From positions 1-64,000 of the forward strand of contig RSEE01000043.1 in the NCBI GenBank assembly GCA_003971905.1: 64,000 nucleotides of DNA, given 5' to 3'. Position 1 is the stretch's first letter. Each line of letters starts with the position of its first letter. The notes beneath the pieces are model-generated. The model saw only the letters and a list, made by a program, of their open reading frames with translations. It did not search any database and was not told the DNA's origin. The position numbers and the translations under genes were made by a program. This DNA is from Moniliella sp. 'wahieum' (Eukaryota). Below are positions 1 to 11,579 of this stretch, piece by piece.

Positions 1-106
1 GCGCCACACACATTATGCAGTGTCTCCTCAAGCTTCAAGCTTCACGGACACCTTCGCCGTCATCGCCGCCGCTTTCACCACCCCACCTCTGCTTCGATCT
101 TGGCTC

Positions 107-1624
107 ATGCTTTCTGCTCACTGCGCATCGCCTCTCGCTCTTCCCGTACGATCCTCATTCCGCGCAGCTCGCGGACTGGCTAGCTCCTGTCATGCCATGG
201 CCTGCAAAAGTTTTGCCTTCCCAGCCATGTCACCCACAATGACCTAGGCGGCCTAGCCAAATGGCATTCAAGCCTGGCGACACTTTTTCTTCAGGCGATG
301 TGCTTCTCGAGATCGAAACAGACAAGGCTACAATGGACGTTGAGGCTGCCGAGGATGGAGTCATGGCCAAGATCTTGGTACGTGCCCTTTGCTTCGTTTA
401 CCCCCACGCCTTTTTTAAAACACCTCTGATTTATTCGTCTCTATTCCCGACGGTGCCAAGGAAGTCAAGTAAACAGTACCATTGCCATAATTGGTGAGCA
501 AGGGGATGAATCAGTGCGGCAGATGCCATCGCTGCCCGATGAGTCGGTTAAAGAGACCGCCGACGGGGTCCAGGCTGCCTCTGCCCCTGCTCCTGCTCCT
601 GCCACCGCTCCGCCCCCTCCAGTCGCTGAAGCCACCAAGTCCACATCTCCTTCCTCAGATCCCAAGCCTGTGCCTAGCTCTTCTCCTTCTTCATCTTCTA
701 CCACCTCTAGCTCGCGTATTTTCGCCTCTCCTCTTGCGCGTAAAATCGCCCAGGAGAAGGGTGTGCCCTTGGGCAACTCAAAGGCACAGGTCCTAATGGA
801 CGTATCATCGAGGCGGATGTAGAAGCGTACAAGCCCGTCTCAGGTCCTGCTGTGCCTCCGAAGCCAAAGAGTGGGGCCCCTCTCCCTTCCCTTGATTCAC
901 CCGCCGCGGCTACATTCACTGATCTTCCTGTCTCCAACATGCGGCGGACCATTGCTGCCCGTCTCTCGGAGAGCAAGCAGCAACTGCCACATTACTATGT
1001 GTCGATTGACGTGGAGATGGATCGTGATGCTCCGGGAATTGTTTAACGCAGCATCGGCCGAGAAGGCACGGGGAGACAAGGACAAGATCAAGGCCGCAAA
1101 GTTGTCGGTTGGGGACTTTATCACCAAGGCCACCTCAGTCGCGTTGCAGCAGGTGCCGGAGTGAATGCGGCATGGTATGGCGATACTATCCGTCAGCATC
1201 ACGTGGCTGATATCTCGATCGCTGTCGCCACACCCACTGGCCTGATTACGCCCATTATCCCAATGTGGGTGCTAAGGGTCTCGCAGTCATTTCGTCCAGC
1301 ACGAAGGAGCTGGCTGCTAAAGCTCGGGCGGGTAAGTTGGCCCCCTCGGAGTACCAGGGTGGCACGTTTACCATCTCCAATATGGAATGTTTGGCATCTC
1401 TCATTTTACTGCCATCATCAACCCGCCCCAGAGCGCAATCCTGGCTATTGGTGGGACTGACCAGCGTTTGGTGCCGGACCCTTCGTCGGATAAGGGCTTC
1501 AAGACGGCCGGTCATGCAGGCGACGTTGTCGTCAGACCATCGGGTGATTGATGGCGCAACGGCAGCACGCTGGATGAAGGCGTTCAAGGATACATTGGAG
1601 AATCCGTTGTCGTTGATGCTTTGA
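107..1624 (+). CDS. LAT1: Pyruvate dehydrogenase E2, dihydrolipoamide acetyltransferase (mitochondrial); intron near 378; several indels
   Basis: Presequence-like N-terminus; lipoyl domain PAMSPTMT...[19 protein letters not shown]3-binding [11 protein letters not shown]; catalytic domain [41 protein letters not shown]. Confidence 0.95.
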
Positions 1625-2485
1625 TTGGTGTCACTACTCACTACCCCCTGCCACGGTACTTGTGTTTTTGTTTCGATCCTCTCGCTGGCTGGATCATGTG
1701 CCTGGACCGTCATCTCATTTTTAGTTTGCTCTTTACGATCCTCACGACGCTCTTCACGACAACACTATTACCTCCATCTCCTTCACGTTACCCACAGTAC
1801 CTCCATCTCTCAATATATCTTGCCTACCACTACGTTCTCTTTCTTGCCCTCAGAATAATTCGCGCATAACAGGCATAGATTCGCCATAGAAGAGAACAAT
1901 GGTCTGCCACGGTGACAGCACCCTGTTATTACTTGGAGCGGGCACGCATCTTTCTGCGTTTACGGCGGAGACGGCGCATGCGTTTCTTCCTCCACTTTGC
2001 GCGCACTGGCAGACGAGGGGTGTTAATGCAACTGCATGGACACAAAGGGATGAAACCATACTTGTTCGACAGGTCGTAGTATGCGCACGGGTGGTGGTGG
2101 AGGGGAAGGGCAGCGCCGCCCTACGTTTCCGTCCCTTATATATAGCTCCAGCAAGCGCCAAGCCCTGTCGGGGGCTGGTCTGTGCCACCGACAGTGACGT
2201 CAATCCGTTCGAACCACTCAGCCATGTTTCAATTTCACAGCACCAGGCCTCCCATAGCGCCTGGGGTTGTGGTTGGTGGCGGCCTGCAGTTGTCTGCTGT
2301 GGTCCATGCGTCCACCGTCACGCGTCACCACACATCACTCATCATATTTCGCGTGGGGCAGCTTACGTGAGCGCAGGGCTAATTGTGTGGGGTTGCGCCC
2401 CAGATGACTTGGTGGGCGTGAGGTGCTTCAGCCTCGCTTCCCCGCCGTGGGCCCCTTCCCTCCTTCGCCCCTCACCACCTTTACC

Positions 2486-3012
2486 ATGAAGCTGAAGACT
2501 CCGACAACTGATTCGACCCCCCTACGTCTACGCCTGCTGCCGGCCCTGCTCAGGCCCCGCCCCCCCGTCCCTCACCCGTGCGCCCGGCTCCGCCTCCTCC
2601 GCCCCCTGCTGCGCCTGTGCGCCCCTCGTTCCTGGTTCGCGCCGTCAAAGTCGCTGGGTTTGGCGCTGCCATTGCCGGCGGCGCAATTGCGGCATCTTTG
2701 GTGCTGAACCAGTGGAACTCGGTAAGTGCCTCCCCTCCTTTCTCTCCGCGATCAAGATGCTGATCTGGTTCGACTTGCGGCGTGTGTGTTTGGGTGTAGG
2801 GGGGAAACAACAAGACCGATGCCGATCGAATCCGCGAGACAGAGGAGGCAGTAAACAAGTTACTACGCGAGTCCCAGGCACAAGCAGAGGCAGAAGCAGC
2901 GAAGGCGAGGGCAGCGAAGGACCAGGCGGTGCAGCAAGCCGAGGCAGCTTTTGCCTCGGTTGATCCGCAGGAGCCCAAGAAAGGCGGAAGCTGGCTCCCG
3001 TGGAAGCGTTAA
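2486..3012 (+). CDS. Small hypothetical single-pass membrane protein with Ala/Glu/Gln-rich coiled coil; intron 2722-2799
   Basis: ACCATG start; Pro-rich stretch; hydrophobic VAGFGAAIAGGAIAASLVL; GTAAGT..CTGAT..TAG intron whose removal joins in frame to RIRETEEAVNKLLRESQAQAEAEAAKARAA...GGSWLPWKR*. Confidence 0.6.
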
Positions 3013-3200
3013 AGATTTGTCGCTGTTCAACGATCATCCCTCTCCTGGGAATATTAGCTGGCCTCTCCTTTCAGGCCCTGGCACTCCACTGTTTCCCCTC
3101 CAGCCACTTTCTCTTTTTTGGCGTACTCCCTTATCTGGCCCCTTGAGCTGTCACATAACCTGCTCCATCCGTTCCATCGTCCACTACCTTCTCCTGGTTA

Positions 3201-3240
3201 CACTGGCTCCACTGGCTCCACTGGCTCCACAGACTCCACT
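3201..3240. repeat. 9-bp tandem repeat (CACTGGCTC)x3 plus a degenerate copy
   Basis: cactggctccactggctccactggctccacagactccact read directly. Confidence 0.8.
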
Positions 3241-3474
3241 TGGGAGCCAAGCGTATCCCCCATCCCATTTTTATTGACCAACTGCAGGGGTAAAAGTGTG
3301 TATTGATACCATAGTTCTGTCGGTTTGGAAGTTCCAACACCCCACGTAAGGCCCTGCTAGGTTGATGCATACAACACCACCTATTTAGAGAAAAATGGAG
3401 GAGAGTGTACATTAAAGCATTGGGAGGGGAGGGGGGGGGATGGTGAAAGAGGCATGGCGGGATTAGGGGCCGAT

Positions 3475-4775
<1,301 letters not shown>

Positions 4776-5673
4776 CTATCGCTCCTCAGGCCTCACCCCA
4801 TTACCATTGGCCGCGTTTGCGCCTGCTAACGCAGCCCATCTTCTCAAGAGGGCATATCAGCACGCCTAGTATCCAGGCTACAAGTGCTAAGCGCTTAGGC
4901 ACGTTCAGCCACCTTCGCCATCCCTGTGCGGGTCATTTCAGTTGTGAGTACAACACTAGTACCAACCCCGGTTACCTATTGCTATCGCTGTCCAACCAGC
5001 AATCGATACTCTATGATCGATCAAATCATCCACAAATGAAGTACTGGACAGGTCATCATCCCAACCTGAGCACAACGGACATGTATATGCCTGTCTTCCA
5101 CCTTGGCAAATACATGCGAATCCATATTCGCTCTCCTTGGGGATTCACATGGAACGAGGTTAAGAAAATTGCAGTACATCCCACACATACACAACGGGAA
5201 ACGGAGGGAAGAGATGGAGAGGGCAATCATAACAACACTGGTGCCCGGGAACGCACTGGGGCGAAGAAAGGCAAGACGATGGAAAAAAGGGAAGTTGATG
5301 ATGAAAATGAAAAAGTATGAACAATGCCCACAGTACGAGAACCGCGACCGAGGAGTCGGCGCTACGCAGGATAAGATCCAGCGCTGGAAACAAAAGAGAA
5401 ATGCCGAGGAAGGTGTACGATGATACAGGACAGATGATAGGCCGATGACATGGATGGAAAGACGAGAGAGACAGAGGTCAACCGGTGGGGGTATGATAGC
5501 ACCACCTAAGAGAGAAAGGAAGTAGTCATATAAGAATGAAAACTAGAAGCGCTGTGGGCCACGAGACTGTGGCCGCGGGGTATAGTACAGGCGAATGGCG
5601 GGGGCTGGCGTCGGAAGGAGAAAAAGAGGACAAACCTGTCCAACCGCATGCATGCCTGGACGAGTGGTTAGGA

Positions 5674-6933
5674 TTAGACCCAACCAAGATCTTGCCGAAC
5701 CTGGGTCATCTCAAGAATATGCCTTCCTTCCTTGTACCGCTGTTCTGGCTTGTCAGCGTGGACGTAAGACCAGCCAAGCCGCTCGCCACACAAGAAGCAG
5801 TACATGTCCGCCACAACATGGGCACCCGTAGTAAGCATGCGGGTCTGGTGTGACCCCAACACAGTGTTGCTGGTTGAATTTACCAAGTAGGCTGCTGAGC
5901 TGGTTCCTGTGAACTGAGTAGAGACCAGCTCATCTGGAAGGCTCACCGCAATCCCACACGAGCCGCACCGCCACACCGCCTCCCCAACAGGGTATACGTC
6001 CATAATCATCCTGGTTGACGGAGATGCAGGATGCAGGCAACGGTCAAACAGCGTCTTGTTTTGTCGCATCTGTTCCTCCGACCGGTCTTCGTCCATCGGA
6101 CTCCCACTGAGGAAAAAACGGGTTGAGGCGTCCCAAGCTAGGCTAAATAGCTCCTTAAAGTACGATCCTTGTGGCGAGGAGCCGCGACTCTGGGTCTCTG
6201 TGTGGGCATGGTGGGCCATTCTCTTTTCAGTGACGTGGCATGCCTCTTGCAGGGCAAGCAGCACACTTCTTGGCACTTGGTGTGTGCCCCCCGTTGGGTC
6301 AAGATGATCGGTGCGCACTCGATCTTGCCATCCTCGTGTCGTAGTTGCAGAGATCGCAGCTTCGGCGAGAGCGCTAGGTGACGGGCTGGTAGCGGGCTGG
6401 GTAAACAAGTGTACCGGAGCGGGGCCTGCAGGGGTAGGGTGGGAAAATGTCGGAGGGGGATTGATTGCAGGAAGCGCTGGATTGGCGGGGCCAGACAAGG
6501 ATAGAAGAGGGGGCTTGAACGTTTCCTTGGAGGAGGTAGTGTGTACGTCGCTCCTTCCTCTATCTATGCTGGAGGGGAATGCATGCTCAAGCAGGGCATC
6601 CTCTGGCGGTACGGGGAGGTGCGAATCCAACTCTCCCGACCATCCCTGGACCGGACTAGTTGGCGAGAATGAGCAAGAAAAACTCAGGTCAGGCGTGGAA
6701 GACAGCCCTGCGGACTGGGACAAGCTCGGGTTGGGATCGAGGTAGGGGGGTGGTAGCATGGGGCGCTTGCCAGCGGCCCGGCTGGACGGGTGCAGTCGAT
6801 GGCGAGGTGTGGCAACATCGACGGGCTCTGTAGCCGACATGGTGCTAGGGCCACGGGTGTGAGGCGAGGGCGGTGGCGTGGAGGAAGGCAGGGCTGTAGG
6901 TCGCATGCTGATAAGGTGGAACGGAACTGACAC
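5674..6933 (-). CDS. Yippee/Moh1-family zinc-binding protein with long Pro/Ser-rich N-terminal extension
   Basis: C-terminal WRCGSC...FTG...AYL...RMLTTGAHVVADMYCFLCGERLGWSYVHADKPEQRYKEGRHILE matches the yippee pattern; start uncertain. Confidence 0.85.
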   Translation of the reverse strand: MSVPFHLISMRPTALPSSTPPPSPHTRGPSTMSATEPVDVATPRHRLHPSSRAAGKRPMLPPPYLDPNPSLSQSAGLSSTPDLSFSCSFSPTSPVQGWSGELDSHLPVPPEDALLEHAFPSSIDRGRSDVHTTSSKETFKPPLLSLSGPANPALPAINPPPTFSHPTPAGPAPVHLFTQPATSPSPSALAEAAISATTTRGWQDRVRTDHLDPTGGTHQVPRSVLLALQEACHVTEKRMAHHAHTETQSRGSSPQGSYFKELFSLAWDASTRFFLSGSPMDEDRSEEQMRQNKTLFDRCLHPASPSTRMIMDVYPVGEAVWRCGSCGIAVSLPDELVSTQFTGTSSAAYLVNSTSNTVLGSHQTRMLTTGAHVVADMYCFLCGERLGWSYVHADKPEQRYKEGRHILEMTQVRQDLGWV

Positions 6934-7539
6934 ATACGCTCAATCAGCGACCCAGCAGAGGTGTGGGGTGCTGAGGGGACTGGATCTGAGAGCTCGCAGA
7001 CAGAGTGGGAGATGGCGCGTGAGCACACGAGCGGCGGGGCTGAGATGCTCAGACCGCTGTGGCATTCACTCGGACCGAGGAGTAATTCTGCTGAATGGCA
7101 GGCCGGGGGGATGAGGCGGTGGGTTGAGTGGAAGATGGGTGTCGTGCTAGATCCAACGTCGAGCCACGCAGATAGGAGGTTAAGGGAGCCAGCAAGCGAC
7201 TGTGGCAAACGGCGTATAGGGGCCTAGTTCAAGGATACTGCACCAAAAAAGCCTCTCTGAGGCCCGAGGCACAGACTGGCACAGACCAGTCTCATCCACT
7301 GGTCAATGATCGATATTGGTGGGTTTTGGTGGCCTGAGTACTCGGACTGAATATTGAGTGGCTGAGCCTCAGCGCGTCACAGTCACTAGCTAGCTATTCA
7401 CTCCGGTCACATGACCTGCCAAGATTGCAACACGCAAGATCAATCGATCAAATTTCAAAGGCCAAATTGATACTCGATAGTCGCTAGTCGCTAGTCGATA
7501 GGGCGTGATAAATTGAAATGTAAATCGCTGGACAAGAGG

Positions 7540-8144
7540 TGTCCACCACGCCGCCTAACGCCTAACCCGGAGCAGCTGAGGTTGCACCAGCAGCTGCATG
7601 CTCGTGTGGCCGATCGGGTCGGCGCTATTTTCCGCTCATTGGACGAGGAAGCGCAGGGCTTGGCGACGCTGAGCGATGATCTGAGTCGTGGCCAGATGGC
7701 CATATCGGATGAATCGCATCGGCTCGAGGCGGTACGGGACGTGTGTCGGTCACATGCGGAGCGCTTGACCTCACACAACGAGTCTGCCCCTCAGATCTTG
7801 GAGACGGTTCAAGCGAGAATTGTGGAGCGACTTGAAGGCACCGAAGCTGGTGACGACTGGATTATGGCCACCAGCATCCCGGGGCAGCAGTGCGTCCGCT
7901 CCTTCGCTTGTTGTGGCCAGCCAGATACTAACTTTTCGCCCTCTCGCCTCTTGCAGGTTGATTGGTTTGGTGGCCGAGAGCAACGCGATTGAAGACGCCA
8001 TGCATGCACCAGCTTTCACGGGCATTCAATGTGGAGACGATCACCCTAGATCCCTTTCTCAAGAACGTGCGCGTGCTTGCCCGGGACCAGTTCCTCAAAC
8101 GTGCATTGGCGATGCGGATTGCTAACCAAGTGCTATTGTCTTGA
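7540..8144 (+). CDS. VPS23: Vps23/TSG101 C-terminal half (coiled coil plus steadiness box), no UEV domain; intron 7890-7956
   Basis: PNPEQLRLHQQL...DLSRGQMAISDESHRLEAVRDVC; after the intron LIGLVAESNAIEDAM...ITLDPFLKNVRVLARDQFLKRAL (Vps23 core); no in-frame ATG found. Confidence 0.75.
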
Positions 8145-8390
8145 AAATGTGAACGAACGGGGCCAGTGCAGTGTCTCTTGCCTATAATCTGTTTTGTGGG
8201 AGCTTAGCGCACTGACTCTCTTTCCACTTACTATCTTCCACTTGGCATACCCAAAACCCAAGTAGGCCTTATAATGCGCCACCAAAGCACCTTCTCCTTA
8301 CTGCAGCAGTCTCAGGGAAGGAGGGTCTTACCCAACAAACAAGATGCCATCGGGGAAGGCTAATCAGATTGAGGAAAGGGTGCGCGCGGG

Positions 8391-9742
8391 TTACGACTGA
8401 TAGACCAGTTTGGCCAGCTCGGAGATGTGCCCACAACCCGACTTGCAGCATCCGCCCAACCAGATTGAATCAAACGGAACAGGACCTGAACGGGCGGTGA
8501 GGGCGGGATTGTGAACAACGGCGGTGAGCAGATTGCGAGCCCAGGCCTGTTCCTCACTGTGTCCATCCTCGTCGCCCGTGTGCGGGGCAGCAGATTTGTG
8601 TTCCCCCGTAGCATCACTGCGCCAGACACGGGCGATTCCGTCCCACACCAGTCCACCATCGGGATAGACAAACAAAGACGGGGCTCCCGAGGGCGTCGCC
8701 CATTGGGTCTCTCCTTGGGGATCGAGCGCTGCGACCAAGTCCCGCACAATGCTTTGGATAAAGTGGGGTTTGGTGCAGTTGACTCCAAGACCGACTAGGG
8801 GCCATGAAGAGGTAGCCGAGGGACGAAGGGCAGAAACCAGGTCCGATGCCGTGGGTTTGGGCCCCGCAGAGGGATATGGCAGAAACACATCTACGTCCCG
8901 ATGGGCATGATGGTCTTCCTCCGTTTGCGAAACGCGGGAGGGAAGGTTAGGGAAGACAAAGCTCAGAAGCGCAGAAGGGCGGTGAGTGATACCACGTTGG
9001 GTCAAGTGCTTATCCAGTGCAGCTAGGACCTTGACGATCTCTTCTGCCTCGTCCAGACGGGGAATCGTTTCAAATGCAATCAGCCCCACACGGGACCAAA
9101 GCTTCTCATCGGCCGACAGGGCCAAGAGGCGGTCCAAATGAAACTTGTGCACGTCCAACAGGACTTGAGCCTCAACCTGTGGGTCACCAGCCTTACCAGC
9201 AGGTGCATAGTCGCCCGTATCTGCCACCAGCACGAAAATGAGAGGTCAGTACTCGGTGCGGATCGTCGACATCGATGCAGGGTCGCCGAATCAAACGTAC
9301 ACTCTCGTCCCCCTTCAAGCATCGCTCCGTAAGGGCCCAGAGATAACGCCACAATTGCATCAGGTTGACCCTCGGCACGCGCTGAGTCGGCAGCTTCGGC
9401 GGCGAGACGGATGGACTCGCGCATAAGGTGCTCGGCGCTGCTGGGAGGATACACGGGGTTGGGGGGTTGGGAACGGGAAAAAGACGGGACCGAAGCCTGG
9501 TACGATGCCGTCTCTACAATGCGGCTACCCGACTTGATGAAGGCTGCGTGAGCGGCACGTACAGCGTCGTGGCCGTGCCACTTGCCCTGCTGGTGGTTAG
9601 GATCGAGCAGGGTGGCGCTCCACAAGGGTGAGGGCATTTCCAACCCCAGGTCGTCCTCCATGAAAGTGGCAAAGCCTCCGTCCAGGACGCCAACACGGGC
9701 CGGATTGAGACGCCCGGCAAACACATCCATCTTGGCTGTCAT
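8391..9742 (-). CDS. Homocysteine S-methyltransferase (Sam4/Mht1/MmuM family); intron near 9220-9300
   Basis: VLDGGFAT, PLWSA, AHAAFIKSGSRIVETASYQ, SLGPYGA, IAFETIP, GVNC, VYPDGG, zinc-binding LGGCC. Confidence 0.92.
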
Positions 9743-11579
9743 TCTCGCTTCTTGAAGAGACTGGACGCAGAGGCTTGAAGCTTCAAGCTTGAAGTTGGCA
9801 GGTGGTGGAGAAGAGATGTTCCGCAAGACAGCCGCGTTAATCTTCACTTAACTACCCGTGGTCACGTCCGGTCACGCGCCACGGCGCCACATGAATATCT
9901 CCGCCGGGAATCAGCCGAAATGACGTATTGTAGCGTTGAAGGAAGTTCAGATGTTCAGACATTCGCGGTAGGAGCCTCAGGCACTGAGCCTGAATATATG
10001 GGCTGTGAGGCTCACCGGTCACCCTAGTTTACCAGTGAGCTCACCCGTCACCATCACTTTCGCCAAAATTCCATTCAATTCCGCTTTGAAATTTGAGGCT
10101 CAGCAACCATCGGAGAGAATAGCGCGATTGCATCATTCATTGGCGACAGCTTCGCGCTTCATCACTACCTTCGCTACTTTCACTAGTAGCTGCGTATATG
10201 GAGCCGACCACTCGAACAATCACAAGAGCCATTACCTCCTCACTCTCATCAGCAGAAAAGGACTTGCGGCAGAAAGGTGACTACGTGGATGGACGTCTTG
10301 CATGCCGGTGCGGTCTGAACTGCGTGGTGCACACATCAATCCGATCACTGTAGCTCACTTTCTTCCCTTGGCTCACTGGATCATCCAAACACATTTAGTA
10401 GGAAAGAGAAATGGAGGAGCTTCTTGTAGATGCCAGGGCAAGAGAAGGAAAATAAAAGGGATCTTGGCCACAGATTTGGGGCACCGACCAAAACTCGGAA
10501 CCAACTAGAGTGGCCTTGAGACGTATCAGTTGTTTTGCTCGCGCGCCGCTTCGGAATGAATAGAGGACTTGTTAGTGCAATTGAACCATGTGATTGATCC
10601 AAAGTGGCCTTCCTGGTATATGTCCACCACAATCTCATGTCCACCCTATTGCTGTATGAAGAAGCAAGTGCTTCTGCCTCTCTCTTGTGGGAGGAACAAA
10701 GGAGCTTCGCACTAGACAGAGGAGGTATTTGTCAACCGCTCAGGTAGTTCCGTCAGAGCCGTAGTACCGCCCTCGTACGCCTTCACACAACAAGACCACC
10801 CAAAGGAGCAGAAAGGATCCCAATGGCCTGTGCAATGGCCCAGCTCACAGCCAATATCCCGTTGCCATTCGAACTGAACTGAGGTCCAACCCTCTTGCAA
10901 CTCTGCCTGCGGGATCAGGGAGATGGGTCGCGATCGATATCGTTTCCTGTCGCTTACAAAAGCGCCGGTCTCAAAGTGGCCTCTTAGATCTTAAGGCCCT
11001 CCGGTGATGATGCCAGTGACGTGTGCGGTGCAGACCCCGTCTCTGGAGCCGTGAGGCCAGCCGTCTTCAGAGGAGCGAAGATGGTACCGAGTTGAGCCAA
11101 TCGACGTGCATACACTTGGAGCGCGGGGCCCGGGCCAGGCGCGCTGTCGGGGGCACGACGAGATGTGGCCAGAGACGACGAGAGGGGAGTAGAGGAGAGG
11201 TGCACTGCGTGGTGGAGGCGGGGTGAGGCCGGCGGTGAGGCCGGTGAGGGTGGGCGATGGCCAGGAGGGCGTTTGCAATGTTTCCTGTCGCAGCGCGCCC
11301 AGAGGGGCAGCAGCGGGGCAGCCGACGAGCTCCTGCCGGCTGCCGCCCAGCAGCCGTCGCAGCGCGGCACGAGCACGGCAGAGGGGCAGTGTTCGCATGC
11401 CGGCATGCACGCAGCATCATGCATCATGCATCATGCGTCCAGTGGGTTAGCCGCCCAGGCTGTGGTGGGGCGGCGCGCCCATCCAGCTCATCGCCCATCG
11501 CCTTGCGCATCGCCTCCCGCATCGCGCCCCGTCGCCATCGCCATCGCCACCATCCCCATCCATTGCCGGGGCCTCAGCC

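Noticed and set aside
245..247. Stop readthrough or programmed frameshift in LAT1 and other genes
   Set aside because: No shared slippery motif, and indels occur throughout the window; sequencing error is the simpler explanation.
4817..5423. ORFs of 167 and 106 aa divergent from HMT1
   Set aside because: No recognisable motif; the purine-rich part looks like the complement of the yippee gene's pyrimidine-rich 3' UTR.
9771..9794. Heat-shock element in GAAGCTTC
   Set aside because: Only two nGAAn units are in register; the 7-bp period does not fit the 5-bp HSE period.
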